A stretch of 60,872 nt of DNA, counting the filler, from Sphacelaria rigidula (taxonomy: Eukaryota), in NCBI GenBank assembly GCA_964200075.2. It is 6 parts of 6 records of this genome, joined end to end, with 100 filler letters (N's around TTAATTAATTAA, not from the genome) between each part and the next. Parts side by side here need not be neighbours in the genome. Positions count along the whole stretch, not along the records: positions 30,489 to 40,550 come from CAXNAA020007226.1; positions 40,651 to 50,711 come from CAXNAA020007227.1; 4 more parts are not named here. One strand, given 5' to 3'. The notes beneath the pieces are model-generated. The model had not been told where the DNA came from, did no database searches, and was given only the letters and a program-made list of their open reading frames with translations. Positions 33,650 to 47,100 of the stretch are shown here, one piece after another. The translations under genes were made by a program, and so were the position numbers. Every line of letters begins with the position of its first letter. The first letter of the stretch is position 1.

Positions 33650-35700
33650 CTATCCCACGATACATTCCTCTCTTACTTCTTGTGCACTTACAGTGTCCAT
33701 CCTGACGATAGAACCAGCCGCTATGGTCACGGACCGTTTCTCCCCAGTCGAACCGGCAGCTGTCACCTGTTGGAGTGCGGGTTCAACAGGCTGACTACTC
33801 TTGGTCTGGGCGGTGAGGCGAGAGACGGTACGCTTCAGTTTTGGTACCCTGGCATGCATGTTGCGAAGTTCAATCCAGGCCGCCATGCCTACCTCGGGCG
33901 CCACCACGGAAGGAACGAGATAGATAAACTTGCGCTGCCAATCGCATGCAGCCCCCTTGACCCCGCTTATCGTTTCAAGCTTCGCGCCGACTGCGCCGTC
34001 CGCCGCCACCGCATCGAAAATTCCCAGCGATTGCTCCCTGGTGCGCTTGTCTAGAACATCCCGGGCGTTTGCTACGGTTCTGGCTTCGGTCAGCCAGGAT
34101 TGAACATCTTCCAGCCCCACTACGCGCCCGCCTCAACATCCGCGATTACTTTATGGTGTGCTTCTGCAGTAAAGTCCGGCTCGGGAGGGATAGGAGGGGG
34201 AAGTTAAGCCAACAGTCGCAGGTGTGCACCAAACCGGAGAGAGGGACTTTGCCTTCCGTCTATCACTCGCCAAATTGCTCGAGTAAGCGCAACAAACAAT
34301 CATGCCGGTTGCATAAGCGATCTGGACTCGGTTGATAGTTTTGCACAAGCGCAGCCGGATGTATGCCATCACCATCGGCACACGACTTCAGGAAGAGCCG
34401 AGCCTCCGGAATTCGTGCCGCGCCAATATGACGCGGGGCATTGCCTTTGCCGGGTCCTGGTCGATGGCAGGCGAAGCACATTCGCGATGCCGGATCGTGT
34501 ATCCGACCACAAGAGGGGCATGTGCTGCATGCGTCGTCGACGACGGGGAACTGGATGCCACACATTTCATGACAAACCCGCTCATGGCCTTTACCCCTCC
34601 TCATACTACTAAACGCGGTAGACCCTGCCGGCGCAGAATGCACCATCCTGCAGCTCTCACGATTGCCGAGGGGCCTTGAGAGCAACTTTGTCGCGTCGAT
34701 GTCCTCCCCTTTCACCGCGCGCGCGATGTTCACCACGATTAGTGTCGGGGGGGTGCGGTCCGGCGGTCGGGATGCCTCATTACCTCGCTGGCAACCCTGT
34801 TCTTAGGCGCCGGCGCTACCTGCTCTTGTTCCGAAGCCGCTAAAGATGTTGACGTACCGACACCTTCAATTTGACACCGGCCGACCCCAGACGCGGCAGC
34901 ATATGCAGCCTTCTCATTTCTCTGCGTCGATTTTGACGCCGACGCGCCTCCAGGAGTTTGTTGCGAGGTGCATGGTCAGCCTGGTCGCTTGTTACGGTGT
35001 CCCGACGGCGTGGAAAATCCCCCCGGTGACCCCCGAGTAGGACCCCGTCTTGCGTTGTATGGAAATGCGGACATCGGCGCTTCCTCTGGAGATTGTATTG
35101 CCAGCAGCTGAACTTCCTTCACCCCATTTCTGTGCTGCAACACAGCCCTTTATTGTTTATGCCATGCTTCCCATGCGCTCTCAACCTCTGGGTGATTCGT
35201 CGCGGTTCTCTTCCGTCTAGATGTGTGTATTTGAGCATGCGGGGGTGTATTTTTGCCGGAGTTGTGCGGGGTGCGTCTTTTCTTGGCCTTGGTTGACGGA
35301 GTTGAAGTCTGCACCTCCACGACTCTACCACCGGCAGCTCTTCTGCTCTTGCGGAGGGTGTTACCCACTTCCTTGAGAGGCACTGTCGGCGGATTCCATG
35401 GTGACACCTCCGTGTATTGTTTTCTGACGCCGAGGTAGTGGAGATTTCACAAGTCGCGCCATCCCCGCCCGATCTAAATTTGAAGTTTTTACGTTCTCCG
35501 CTCAGACGGTCGTTGCATCCCTCCAACCCCTGTTTTTGTACAGATGCACCATCAGTGGACGCCATGGATGCCTCCGACGCACTGAACAGTACAGTCGGCG
35601 CATCTTTTCCGTGCGAAGGGGGGCTCAGCCACTTTCGCGGTTTGAGCTCTTCGCCAGCGTGACCCTCGGCGATGTACTTCAATTTTTCCGCCGGTGCGTA
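33650..35700 (-). pseudogene. Fragmented coding-like region with a Cys-rich (zinc-ribbon-like) segment
   Basis: Abutting minus-strand ORFs 35119-35682, 34263-34736 (CHEMCG..CSTCPSCG..CFAC..CNRHDC) and 33650-34120, separated by stops and frameshifts. Confidence 0.35.
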
Positions 35701-36069
35701 CGTTCGGGGTGCTTAAGTGGAGATCTGCTTTCAACGGCGAATGTGGTGTGTGTCGGACGACATGGCGGCGACAGTGGTGCAGGCACTTCACTACCTGTCC
35801 GGAAGAGACGGAAAGCGATAGATGGGCACAACGTGTCCGCCATGTGGTCTAGTTTTTTAGATTGTAAAGCGTCGGAGGTTCGTGTGAAACGATGATATCC
35901 CGAAATGTAGGCATCCTCAATTTCGTTCAGAAGTCATAATCATCAGCGGGAACAAGGGGAAAACAGTCGGATGCGCGGGATCTTCACTTCTACTTCGCGT
36001 GTTATTACGAGCTGGTTCAAATTGAACGCCCAAAATTCATTCCCCGGGAATTCCTCACCCCGCTTTTTC

Positions 36070-36291
36070 GAGTTAGACCACGAAAATTTCCACACATGTT
36101 CTCGAGGGCACTATCTACAACTCGAAGATCGCTTTTTGTTTTGGTTGTTGGTGTCGAGATAGTCGGGATCTGACCCCTTCCCCGGTCAAGTAGGTCAACC
36201 GCGACCTTCGATGAAAGCCACAAAAACAATGGTCTTCGAGTTTTAGATAGTGCCCTCCAGAACATGTGTGCAAAGTTTCGTGGTCTAACTC
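36070..36291. repeat. Imperfect palindrome (foldback element arm pair)
   Basis: GAGTTAGACCACGAAA...CACACATGTTCT.GAGGGCACTATCTA and its reverse complement. Confidence 0.85.
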
Positions 36292-39168
36292 CATAAAACG
36301 ACGTGAGAAAATGCCAAAACGTGCGCTGAAGTCTGCGTGCCCCCCTAGTTACTTGATTGAAGTATAGAATCGCCCTTTTTGAGGCTTGTTTTTACTGTAA
36401 AAGGCCCAGCCGTTTCAGTTATTCGAGTTGAGCAACGAGAATTGATGCACATGCTCCTTGGGATACCACTATCCCTAGGGTGTCAAAAGTTTGGTGTTGA
36501 GGCATTCTGTACTGGTTTCCGGGGGCCTTTATGCTGGGACCCCGGAAGCCGGTAGAGAACGGAGCAACTTTGAAATCTTGCCAAGAAGGCAAGTTTTCTA
36601 TGTGGAGCATCAATATCTACGGAACTGCCAAGTTTGAGGATGATCTGAGCTTTTCTGCAACAGATAAAAGGGAAATCGTCACGAGGCTCCGTGGGTCTTT
36701 CGTACGTATCATGAGTGGGAATTCGACGACGTCAAAGCTCCACATTACCGAACCATTACGGTTTCGGGCGAAATTCGACCCCGTTGAAACCGTTTTCAAC
36801 TCTGTTTCTTCCGTTAGATTCCCAGGCTGATGACGGTTACTACGATTTGAACCATGTGGAGATTCGGTGGAAATGAGGCTTGGAATTTGTGTCTTCAATT
36901 TCGGAACAATTTGAAGGGTGCTGATTGGTCGAGACATACTTTTGTCCATAGCGCCACCGCTATAACCTTAAACAAACATATGGCTATGTCACCATTTTTG
37001 TCTGTTTATTGCGGTCAGTATGATACCACATTTGCGCATATTGGCCGGGTATTGCGTTCGTCATCAGCCGGGAAATAGATTTTGGGTGTTCAATCCGAAC
37101 CAGCCTGTAGTGCATGAGAGATGTTGTGGTGCTCTTACCTTGAGACCGATTGCGGTGCCGTATCTGACGTTCGGTCTGCCCCGGCCGGCGTCTCAGAAGT
37201 GCTCCAGACGTTGCGCCCCAACTGCGAGTCTTGGTGTTCTTCCACAACATGTACGGTTAGCGAATGTGCCGGGGAGGGGTTGCGTGTAGGATTGAGCGTC
37301 AATACTTTTGATCACAGGTATTTTCAATCGTGAGGTTATCATGCTGTGCCGTCTGATATTATAACGGCGGTTTGGATGCCGCTCCATCTAATTCCATGGC
37401 CACTGCATGCGATCGTCGTACTGTTGTATCGTTCAACTTCACGACTCGAAATCTATGCCGACGTCCGCTTGATTTATCTCGCTCCACGTAGGGGGGTCGT
37501 TGAAAGCCGGGTGCATGTTCCCAACATGCGATCGTTGCGGGAAAAAAGGCACCAGGTGGGATTAATATCTTCGTTCATGGAAAACTTAACCCGCAGAAAT
37601 ACACAGAACCTGCGTATCGTGAATCCTGATGGCTTCCCCATGACCGTCATATACGCACTACAGTAGGACTGCACGAGTATAGTTTATTGTTTCTTCTCGC
37701 AGTTGGCGCTGTTCATACCCGAGCACTGCACTTCACAGACTGCACAACACTCTGTGCTGCACTGCACTTCACTGTACGAAGTTGTGTAGTTCTGTGCTAC
37801 ACTAAAATGCACGGGCCTGTACTGTACTGGGGTGAACAGCTCGTAGAGCAGAAAGGGCGCTTCCCACTGGACCCATGTGCTGGTGCGAAGCAAAATTGAA
37901 ACTTTTTCAAACTTAAGTCACGTCGTTATTTTTGCGATATCAATGGATTTCAGTGAATCTTTTTGCGACAAAAAGCTTACCTTATCCACACAGTAATAAA
38001 CCCTCTCTATCTCTGCCGGTGGGGTAGGCCGAGCGCCGTACTCTCCCACAACACCGGAGGTGAGGTTGCACGAAGGGGGGTGGTGTTCACCCTGGGCCGC
38101 ACGGCTTCTGCCCTAACTAATTGCATACAGCGCTGTTGCCAGTGCAGTCTGCGACACGAACCGCTTATCTATCAACCAACACACCTTGCTCGTCCACGCG
38201 TGAGCTCCTTCCGCCTGGGCGATGCTGTCTAGGCCGCTGCTGCTGCATGCACAGCTGGTGCAGACCGTCCTTGTCAAATCACGATGTCTGTCATCATCCA
38301 CCGTTTTTCACCGTTTTCGCGGAAGCGTTGAAAAAACTCATGAAAAAATGTAATTTTCCCCGGCGCAACACTGAATATCCGGTGAGGACGGTACGGTCTG
38401 TAGTGTACACACTCCTCGTAACACACGATGGCGGCAGTATTACGCCCGATTCAGTGTCAGATTATCCACCTAATAACGCTCCGAAAACAAGACGCAGCCG
38501 AGTCAAAAAAGCGGAGAGAGCCCAAAATTACCAGGGAGGGATACGTGACACGTGACACACCGTGACACGTGATGTGAATGCTACGTTTTGGGCGTCACGT
38601 TACTTTCACGTTAACGTTTTTCAACGTGATTAACGTCACGTTCACGTCACGTTAAATTTTCAGATGGCACGTTCGCGTAACGTTAAATTTTACGAACGTG
38701 ACACGCGCCACGTGTCACGTTATGTTAAAGTGCCCAAACGTTCAAATCACGTATTATGTAACGTTTCATGTCACGTGTCACGTATATTATACGTGACACG
38801 TGAAATATACGTGACACGTGAAATATACGTGACACGTGAAATATACGTGACACGTGACATGAAACGTTACATATTACGTTACACGTTACTTTTCTTTTCT
38901 TTTCTATCGTTTCATTGTTCTTTATCTATTTGCTTTGTACTTTCCTCTTGTTTTTCTTTTTCTTGTTTCAGGTCGGCCATTTCTTCCTGTGCTTCGCTTG
39001 TGATGACTTCTTGTTTTTTTGTCACGACTAAGTCTGCTATGTCGTTCTGTTTGATCTCTCTTCCTGTTTATTTTTTTCTGCTTCTGTTTTTTTTTTTTTC
39101 TGTTTCCTCCTTTTTCTTTTTTTTTCCCTTGGGTTACTTCTTATGTATTGAAAAGTAAAAGTTGTAAG

Positions 39169-39522
39169 GTGCATTTTTGGCCCTTCTCCGCCGTTTTTGG
39201 CCCCAAAAGAGGGCTAGGCGGAAATGGACACCTACCTTGGAATGACCTACTCTACTCGCTGAGACCGTTCCAGAGCACGTTTGCGTTTTCCGTGGGTCAC
39301 AGTTTCGTTCTTGACCAAAAATACATGTTCCCCCTGTTTTTCGATAACCTGATCGTTTGTTATCGAAAATGCATTTTTGGCCAAGAACGAAACTGTGACC
39401 TACGGAAAACGCAAAAGTGCTCAGGAACCGTCTCGGCGAGTAGAGCAAGTTATTCCAACTTGTCAACAGCCGCCTAGCCCTCTCTTCGGGGGAAAAACGA
39501 CGGAGAAGGGCCAAAAACGCAC
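39169..39522. repeat. ~350-bp imperfect hairpin nested in the hAT element
   Basis: TTTGCGTTTTCCGT.GGTCACAGTTTCGTTCTTG and TTTTTGGCCCTTCTCCG are mirrored on the other arm. Confidence 0.88.
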
Positions 39523-39538
39523 TTTTCAAAAAGTTATA

Positions 39539-39831
39539 CACGGGTGGCCACTGGGGTCTGTAACCTGGCCATTTAGGGACCTTATCCACCTTCGGCAAGG
39601 TCCGCGGGTTAGGTAGACAACTGAGGAGTATTCGCAAAGCATGGACAGGATCGAAACAAAGCATGTTCCAGTCTACAGGGGAGTCACCCGCCTATAGACT
39701 GGAACATGTTTCGTTTCGAACCTGTCCATGCTGTGCGAATGCTCTTCAGTTGTCTACCCAACCCGCGGACCTTGCCAAAGGTGGATAAGGTCCCAAAATG
39801 TCCAGGTTACAGACCCCAGTGGCCACCCGTG
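39539..39831. mobile_element. Tc1/mariner-type foldback MITE (293 bp)
   Basis: TA|CACGGGTGGCCACTGGGGTCTGTAACCTGG ... CCAGGTTACAGACCCCAGTGGCCACCCGTG|TA, with arms of about 140 bp. Confidence 0.92.
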
Positions 39832-39944
39832 TATTTTTTGTACATCTTGGGTTCTTAGTAGCCTTAGAGCGTGTTTCAAAATTCATTGCAGAGTTGAAGT
39901 GTTCACCGCTTCATGTAACGTGTTTATGACGTATTATTTTGGTT

Positions 39945-40045
39945 TGAGTGATTCATTGATTGATTGTCGCATTTAAACTAACCCCCGGCGGTCCAGCCAG
40001 GTCTCTTGATAGACGTACCCAAGAAAAACGAAACTGAAACGATAC
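39945..40045 (-). mobile_element. 5'-truncated LINE 3' end
   Basis: TGATTGATTG.CGCA...TGATAGACGTACCCAAGAAAAA matches 59482-59565. Confidence 0.75.
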
Positions 40046-40550
40046 ATTCGAACGTGACACGTGTAAATATCGCGTTACATGATACGTGACACGTGACAAT
40101 GTCACGTTACATATTACGTTACATGTAACGAAACGTAACGTGAAATTTTTCAACGTGATCAACGTCACGTTCACCTTACGTTAAATTTCCGAATGGCACG
40201 TTCACGTCACGTTGAATTTTCCAAACGTGACACGCATCACGTGGCACGTTTCGTCCAATTTAACGAACGTAATTCACGTCACGTCACGTTCACGTGTCAC
40301 GTATCCCTCCCTAAAAATCACCAGGGATGTACACGTTACGCGTTCAACACTATATTCATGAGATTCAGAACGTAGTTTCAGATTCAAAGTGGATGCTCTA
40401 TAGCGGTCCTAACCGGCAACTTTTTTGTTTTTTTTGCTTGAGCACACGTCCTGTGGATGCAGCTACCGTACAGTGCCCCATTCAAGGAATTCAGCGGTCT
40501 GGTTGGTGAGATACCGCACAAAGCATTTTTACGCCTGGGGGGCATTTCGG

Positions 40551-40650
40551 NNNNNNNNNNNNNNNNNNNNNNNNNNNNNNNNNNNNNNNNNNNNTTAATT
40601 AATTAANNNNNNNNNNNNNNNNNNNNNNNNNNNNNNNNNNNNNNNNNNNN
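40551..40650. other. Artificial scaffold-joining linker
   Basis: Same 44N-TTAATTAATTAA-44N structure. Confidence 0.98.
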
Positions 40651-40887
40651 GTTTTCCCGCCGTGTTTCTTGTTGTCTTTCTTTTTCTTTTCTTTTCTTTT
40701 GTTTTTTTTTTTTTTGCCCCCTTTTCTTCCTTCCTTCTTTTTTTTTTTTTTTTTTGTCTCAAGCTTACTTTGGCGATCCTTTAGCCACTATTTCCATTCG
40801 ACTGCCTTCGGCATGTCTACCTTGCTCGCGACCACGGCTGGGCTACGCAGCCGATTAGTTAACAGTGTGCGGATACCAATGGATCAA

Positions 40888-40888
<1 letters not shown>

Positions 40889-40946
<58 letters not shown>
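40889..40946. repeat. (CA)n microsatellite forming the 5' end of a CDPK intron
   Basis: On the minus strand GAG|GTGTGTGT... Confidence 0.95.
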
Positions 40947-40948
<2 letters not shown>

Positions 40949-41147
40949 CGGCGTCCTTGCCGAAGAACTGTACCAAGTTCTCCTTGGAGATGTGCTGCGT
41001 GTCGTCACAGTCCAGCCAATCGAACGCGTCGGTGAGTCTCTCCTCGGCTACCTCTCTTCCTCCCGTTTCCAAGGTGGCCGCTAAGAACTCGGTGTAGTGC
41101 ATGTATCCGTCGTGGTCATCGTCCACCTCGTCGAACAGACCGACCAG
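40947..41147 (-). CDS. CDPK exon (EF-hands 2-3)
   Basis: [23 protein letters not shown]...[18 protein letters not shown], phase 0-0. Confidence 0.93.
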
Positions 41148-44100
41148 CTGTTGTTGTTGTGTTGCAAGTTCACCAAACGGTCGGTTTTCAGAATGTATTT
41201 TGGTCGGTGTTAGAGCGAGTGGGTAAATGGGAAAATGGTCGCGATGCGTATCGATTCTCAAATCCCGATATACAATAATCTACCCCGATATATCTGGGAT
41301 ATATCGCATCGATTTCGCCTAAAATTGCGCGATGTCTCGGTACCATGTCGTATCTCATATTCCACAATATATGGTGCCACATCACGTACCGCACGATATA
41401 TCGCGGGAGACAAGATACGATGCGTGCAGTTTGATGTGTGAAAACCAGGTTGTTTTTAGATTCCAGATGTTGTGGGGAAGTTAAATTAAACACACACATG
41501 CATACACATACTGGAGTATGGCACGTACCGGGGTTTTGCGTCAACAACATACATCCAAGGAACTGTCGGGGTAGGGGTATACCCGATATTGTGGTATTTT
41601 GAAAAGTGGAGATCCAGCCCATTCCCACAGCAGCAGCCAACCCAGTGCTGTTGTTCCCCTCCCGAAAGCCCACACAAGATGTGACTGACTTTAGGCAGGT
41701 GGTGATGTGCGAAGCAGCCAACCCAGTGCTGTTGTTCTCCTTTCGAAAGCCCACACAAGATGTGACTGATTTTAGGCAGGGGGGTGATGTGCGACTTTCC
41801 AAATACAAAAATATATGGGGGTATACCCTTCCCAGATACACCCTCGCAATCATCTCAACCTACTAAAGCCAATACTATCGTCCCGCACAAACCTCTTCGT
41901 CAGTGTATCCCTGTTGCTTGAGCGCCTCCTGGAATTCCGCGCGGCTGACTCTGCCGTTACGGTCCGCATCGTAGGACACGAAGGCGTCTCGCATGGCCTT
42001 GGTCTGCTGCGGCGTGCTTCGATACGCTACCAGCATCAGCCCCGTCTTTTTCACCTTCGGGCATAATATACATACATCACAATGCGTGCCTTGTGTCAGT
42101 CAGGGGCTTGCGTGCTACGCGTTTCGAACCCTGGATTCGCCCCCGTTATTGAAGAATATGTATGTATATATATATATATGGCGAACTTGTCAAACTCGCA
42201 CGGAGATCTTCGAGGAACAAGTCGTCTTTTTTTCGTTCCAAACTGGTGGCTAAAAAACTAGACGACGGCTCATACCATCGACTTGAAAGCTCGTGATTGA
42301 TGTGATTGATGTGATTTATTGATGTGATTGATATGCGTGATATGATTAATATGATCGGTATGGTTTATTATATGCTTGGTATAATATTATTAATATGCTT
42401 CATATGCTTGATGTGCTCGATATGCTTCATATGATTGATCGGTTGACTACTTGTCGCACAAGAAATGAACTGCTACGGATACCACCGCGGTCGGTCACGA
42501 GATGGACGTACCGACCGGAGTAGAATAAATGGGCCACTCACCTAAGGAAACTCGACAGCGGGGAAATTTGACAGGGGGGGGGCACTCATGACCATGCCTT
42601 AGACATACGACCACTGGGGAGTGGGGGGGGGGGAGAAGGAAGACAGTAAAGGGAAGACGAGAATAATGATAAAAAAAAACGAGGTCCCTACCCCACGGCT
42701 TGCGGTAATAAGGCCGCAGGAAATCAACGAAGCAGAACAAAACAACACCAAACGAACAAGGCCGTGGGAGGAGGTTGATACTCAAGCTATCCAGGGACGA
42801 GCCCGTCTGCTCGGGAACTCTCTCACCCACGAGCTCTACAGGAGCGAAACACCAACACGACAGCCGCTAGATTAGCTGTCGTGCCAACCCCGTCTCCCCC
42901 GTGGATCCCTAGTCAGGGGCAAAGCGGGTCACTCTCTCGACCCATCTTTATCTTGCATTCCTCGCAGGCCGTGGCTGACGCCGTCATGCCAGCGGTAGCA
43001 GCCTTCTTATCGCCCGGTTCATCAGAGCAACAGCTATCTTGCTTGCGACGTAGGTCGGGTTGCCGCATGTCTCCGTGTTGCCACGACTTCGCGAGCTCCT
43101 TTTCCTCTTGCTCTACCCCCAGGTGACATTAGTCCATGCTCTCCGCAGCGGTGAGACCCAATCTGGCGAATCTTCGACCTCCAGGCCGTCGACAAACCCT
43201 TTCCTCCTCCCTTTTGCATGGGATAGCCCCCAAGGCACGCGGGTTCTCCTGGAGGCGGTCTCCCCAGTGTTTGTTTGGAAGGCCGACCAGCCTCTTCTTC
43301 GGGCTCTCGAGTGGCCATCCGCGCTGGAACATCATGCGTTCCGGGAGAAGTGTTTCGTCTTGTCGGACAAAGATCCCCGCGAACCGAAGGTAACGCTAAC
43401 AGATAGTCGTCTCGACACGCTCACAACGGTTCTACCTCAACCATAGCAGCTCTGTATCAAACCGTCTTGTATTCACTACGATCCTTTCCGCGGAAGCCAG
43501 ACTGCTCGCAGTATCAGGGTTGCTGCGGGCAGCGCGCAGGTCTTCCTCCATGTAGCACATTCGCATGGCATAGCTTCCACCACCTCCGCCTTGAGCAGCC
43601 AAATTTCGATACAGAGCCGGGCGTTCAGCCGATCGTGGAGGTGGGGAGAAGTGCTTGCGGAGACGTGTCCACGCAGCGCTCATGCGGCGCTTGATTTCGA
43701 TCGCAACAGTCACGTCTGTGCTGACAGCACTGTCAAGGTAGACAAGCTCGGCCGCCTGCTTGAGCCATTGGCCTGCCGCGTTGATGTGCAGTGCGGTCTC
43801 TGAGATACTCGCTACTGACCATAAGCCCATGGACTCTGTCTTGATCTTCGATGCCGTTAATACACACTCCTCACGGGCCACCACTATCACATCCATCATC
43901 CCAACAAGCCCGTCTGGGGGACCTCGAAACCACATCTACGGTCATCGGCGTCCAGCCTTTCTTACACCACGCGCCGTACCCTCTCCAGCGGCGTCTCTTC
44001 TGTGGAGTTACCATCCTCACTCTTTGGCGCACCAATCTAGGTATTTCAAGGCTGAGAGCGTGATCGGGTCTGCTGCGAAACGCTGTAAAATTGTATCAAC

Positions 44101-47100
44101 CAGCATCGAGCGGAAGATATTGAACAGCAGCGAGGACGAAACGTATCCTTGCGTGAGCCTCTGGCGGACATGGAACCACGTCTGATCGTCCGCCACCATC
44201 CGGCTCCATCCAAGCCCACATACCACCGTGGGACAAACGGAAGACCGTCATCATCCACGACGGGACTGCGAAACGGGAAAGTTCTCCCCACAAGAGCGAG
44301 CGGTCTACAGAGTCGTTTGCCTTATGCAGGTCGATGAAGCACATGTTCAGTGGGACATTGCATGTCCGTCCCAACTTCTGTAGTCGGTGCACTGCGAACA
44401 TCATGCCGGTGGTCGATTCTTGGCGCCGGAATCCGTACTGTTCCGAATTCGGGGCAAAAATCCCTGCCTATTCGCCGAGACCACCAAGCCTATTGACTAC
44501 GATTTTGAGGAGAACTCTGCCAGCATACGCCACGAGAGAGATGCCCCTGTAGTTACCACACTTGGTCCTGTCCTTTTCATGTAGCACTTTGATAGTGGTC
44601 ATAGTAGTCATGTCCTTCCACTCCTGCGGCACCTCACCAGACGCACCAACAGAAACGTCTTGCTGTGGAAGTGGTACAGGATCTCCGAAGCTCTCCCCTC
44701 CCCGACCAATCCAAGAATGGCCAGCTCAGCAAGCAGCCCATTCGGTCCCATTGCTTTGTCGTCTACCACATAGCTCTCACTGCCTCTTCTGTTCTATCCA
44801 GCTCAAAGTGACGCAGCATCCGGTCGTCGGGTGACGCTCTTGATAGCAAATATATCCATACGTGCCGATCTTGTATTCAGCCAAACAGAGATATGGTGTT
44901 TCCATATCTCGCGGATTGGATTTTCGTATGCCGTAGCAGTTTCCCGCCCTTGTCTTCGCTATACTGCTCGCTCTCTAGCTTCGTTTCCGCTGACCTTTAT
45001 TATTTCTCCAAGTGCCCGTACTAGCCCATCAAGTTCCCAACTTCACTGTGCTCCTCCAGTTCCTTCGCATATACATCCAGATACCTGTCCGACCCAGCAT
45101 AAATCGCCTCTTTGAGCCTCGTGCACGCTGCTCGCAAGATACGCCATACGAAGCTACCCCTCCACTCTGTTCCTAACGTCAACCTCTCCCTATCCTTCTC
45201 CTTCTCCCTCTCCCGATCATTCCAGGTTTCTTCAAACTCGGCTCGGATCACAGCATCCCCGAACCACCCTTGTACGCCAAGCTGTCGGGTCGAACAAGAG
45301 GCATCACCTTTACGGCGGATCTCAGGAGTATCTACGTCGGCGAAGTTTGCAGCAACTTCACCGACGGTATCTGCGTGCTTACCCTGTTTGAGCTCGCCGA
45401 CGACAAGCTGTACCAGTTGCTCACGCCTGCCAGTGTCAGACGCTATTGCTCGTCCATCTATTGATTGCGCCCGGTGGGGGCTTGCCAGTGTCTGCTGAGT
45501 GCGAATCGACCAAGAGATCGCACCGTGGTGCACGCGATGCTGTGATCCGAGTCCGACGATTTGCTTGGCTGGAGGTAAAGTGTGACATTTCCAACCACGT
45601 CCGCGATGGGTTACCGCGCTATGGTGCATTCATCTACGTTTCTGTCCGCGCGACGGCTCGCACCACCGTTGAACATACGCTACATGCCCCCCTCAGGGAC
45701 ACAAAAAAAACGTCTTGACACTATCAATACAAGCCAGTTGTCACCTGCAAGCTGTTGTAAAGCAGTGCCATTGCTGCCGCTGATCCTAGAGCTCCTACCG
45801 TATGCCCCTACTCCCTTCTCATCTCCTCCTGCCGTTCCACCTACATATACTCCTTGCACTCCGGGGTCACGGAAAGGGTGCAGCCATGCCAACCCGTGTC
45901 GGCCGTTGGCTTCAGTCCGTCGAATGCGGCACTCACCGCCTCGCGTCTCATCATCATATACGTTCTTCCCGTGACAGTGTCCGAATTCTTGGTACAACTC
46001 CGCAGCTGCGGGGATAAGCTTTGGTCTTACTACGGAGCAAACTCCGCAAGCTGCTGGATTGGGCTCCGAACCCAACACTATCGACATGGCCTACCGGCTA
46101 GTCTGCATGTTATGTCACCGCTGACACAGTACACAGACTAGTCTGTAGGCCATGACACTCTCTCCTACGCGTGTGGCTGCTTTGTCGTTTGTGTGGCCGC
46201 TGGTTCAGGTATCTCCGCAATAAACACTCCCAGATCGTGCGGGGTGAAAGATGCCAACCCGAGACGGCTGTTGGAATGGGTAACGAACACACCAAATTAA
46301 TTCTCCATTTTCCCCGGCCACTTAATTCTACTATTTTTACCTTGCTGTACGAAGCGAAGTTCTTCATGGAAGCGACGATACGATCGTGGTCCTCCTTGGT
46401 AAGCTTTTTCCTCCCGGTGGATGCCAGAGGCTCGTCCCCACCTTGCCACTCTCGTATCCAGCGGTGCTGCGTGCGCAAGCACAAATGGCATCGCGAGTTC
46501 AAACTTCACCATAAAAATACGAAACGTGGGTGATATCACTGCGAAATAATACGCACGTACGTATGACGCAGTGCGGTGCGAGCATTTTACTCGCTACACG
46601 GGACAACGATGACACTGCACATAACGGCAACTTACTCCAGCAGTGGATGATGACAAAAACGGCGGGACGTGTGCCAGAGCTCACCTGTAACGCCTCCTCA
46701 GCGGTAAGCCTCTTGGACGGATCTTTTTTTATCAATCGCCTGATGAAACTCCTGAGCACAAAACGAATGCCGAAAGCCAGTATATCGAATCGGCGGACTT
46801 TCGTTAGAGCAATTTTCGGTATGCGAGATCGCCTTTGACCTCTAGCGCGGATCACTCCAAAATCCGGGTCTTTGCCAAATGCTCGAAGATAAATGCAATA
46901 CTGTACCATCGCTGCCCCACCCTTTCACCATACATGACGAAGTTGCGGATTTTTTGCTCAACAAAATCTCATGGGTGATTCGTCAGCCAAGAGGCACGGA
47001 GACGAGGCGAACTTATCTGTTCGCTTGCCTTAGACTTTTGACAATTTGACCACGGATCCCTTTCGAGACGGAGCACCGTTCCCACTCCTAATAGAGACCA

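Larger units (their letters stand above)
38532..40313. mobile_element. Non-autonomous hAT element with ACGT-rich subterminal repeats
   Basis: Perfect 23-bp TIR AGGGAGGGATACGTGACACGTGA with YAGGG termini. 8-bp TSD AAAATTAC (38524-31) / AAAATCAC (40314-21). Confidence 0.9.

Noticed and set aside
34480..34590. TnpB/Fanzor-like zinc ribbon (TCPSCGRIHD)
   Set aside because: No DRDxNAA RuvC-III motif follows, and no RuvC-I or RuvC-II motifs are visible upstream.
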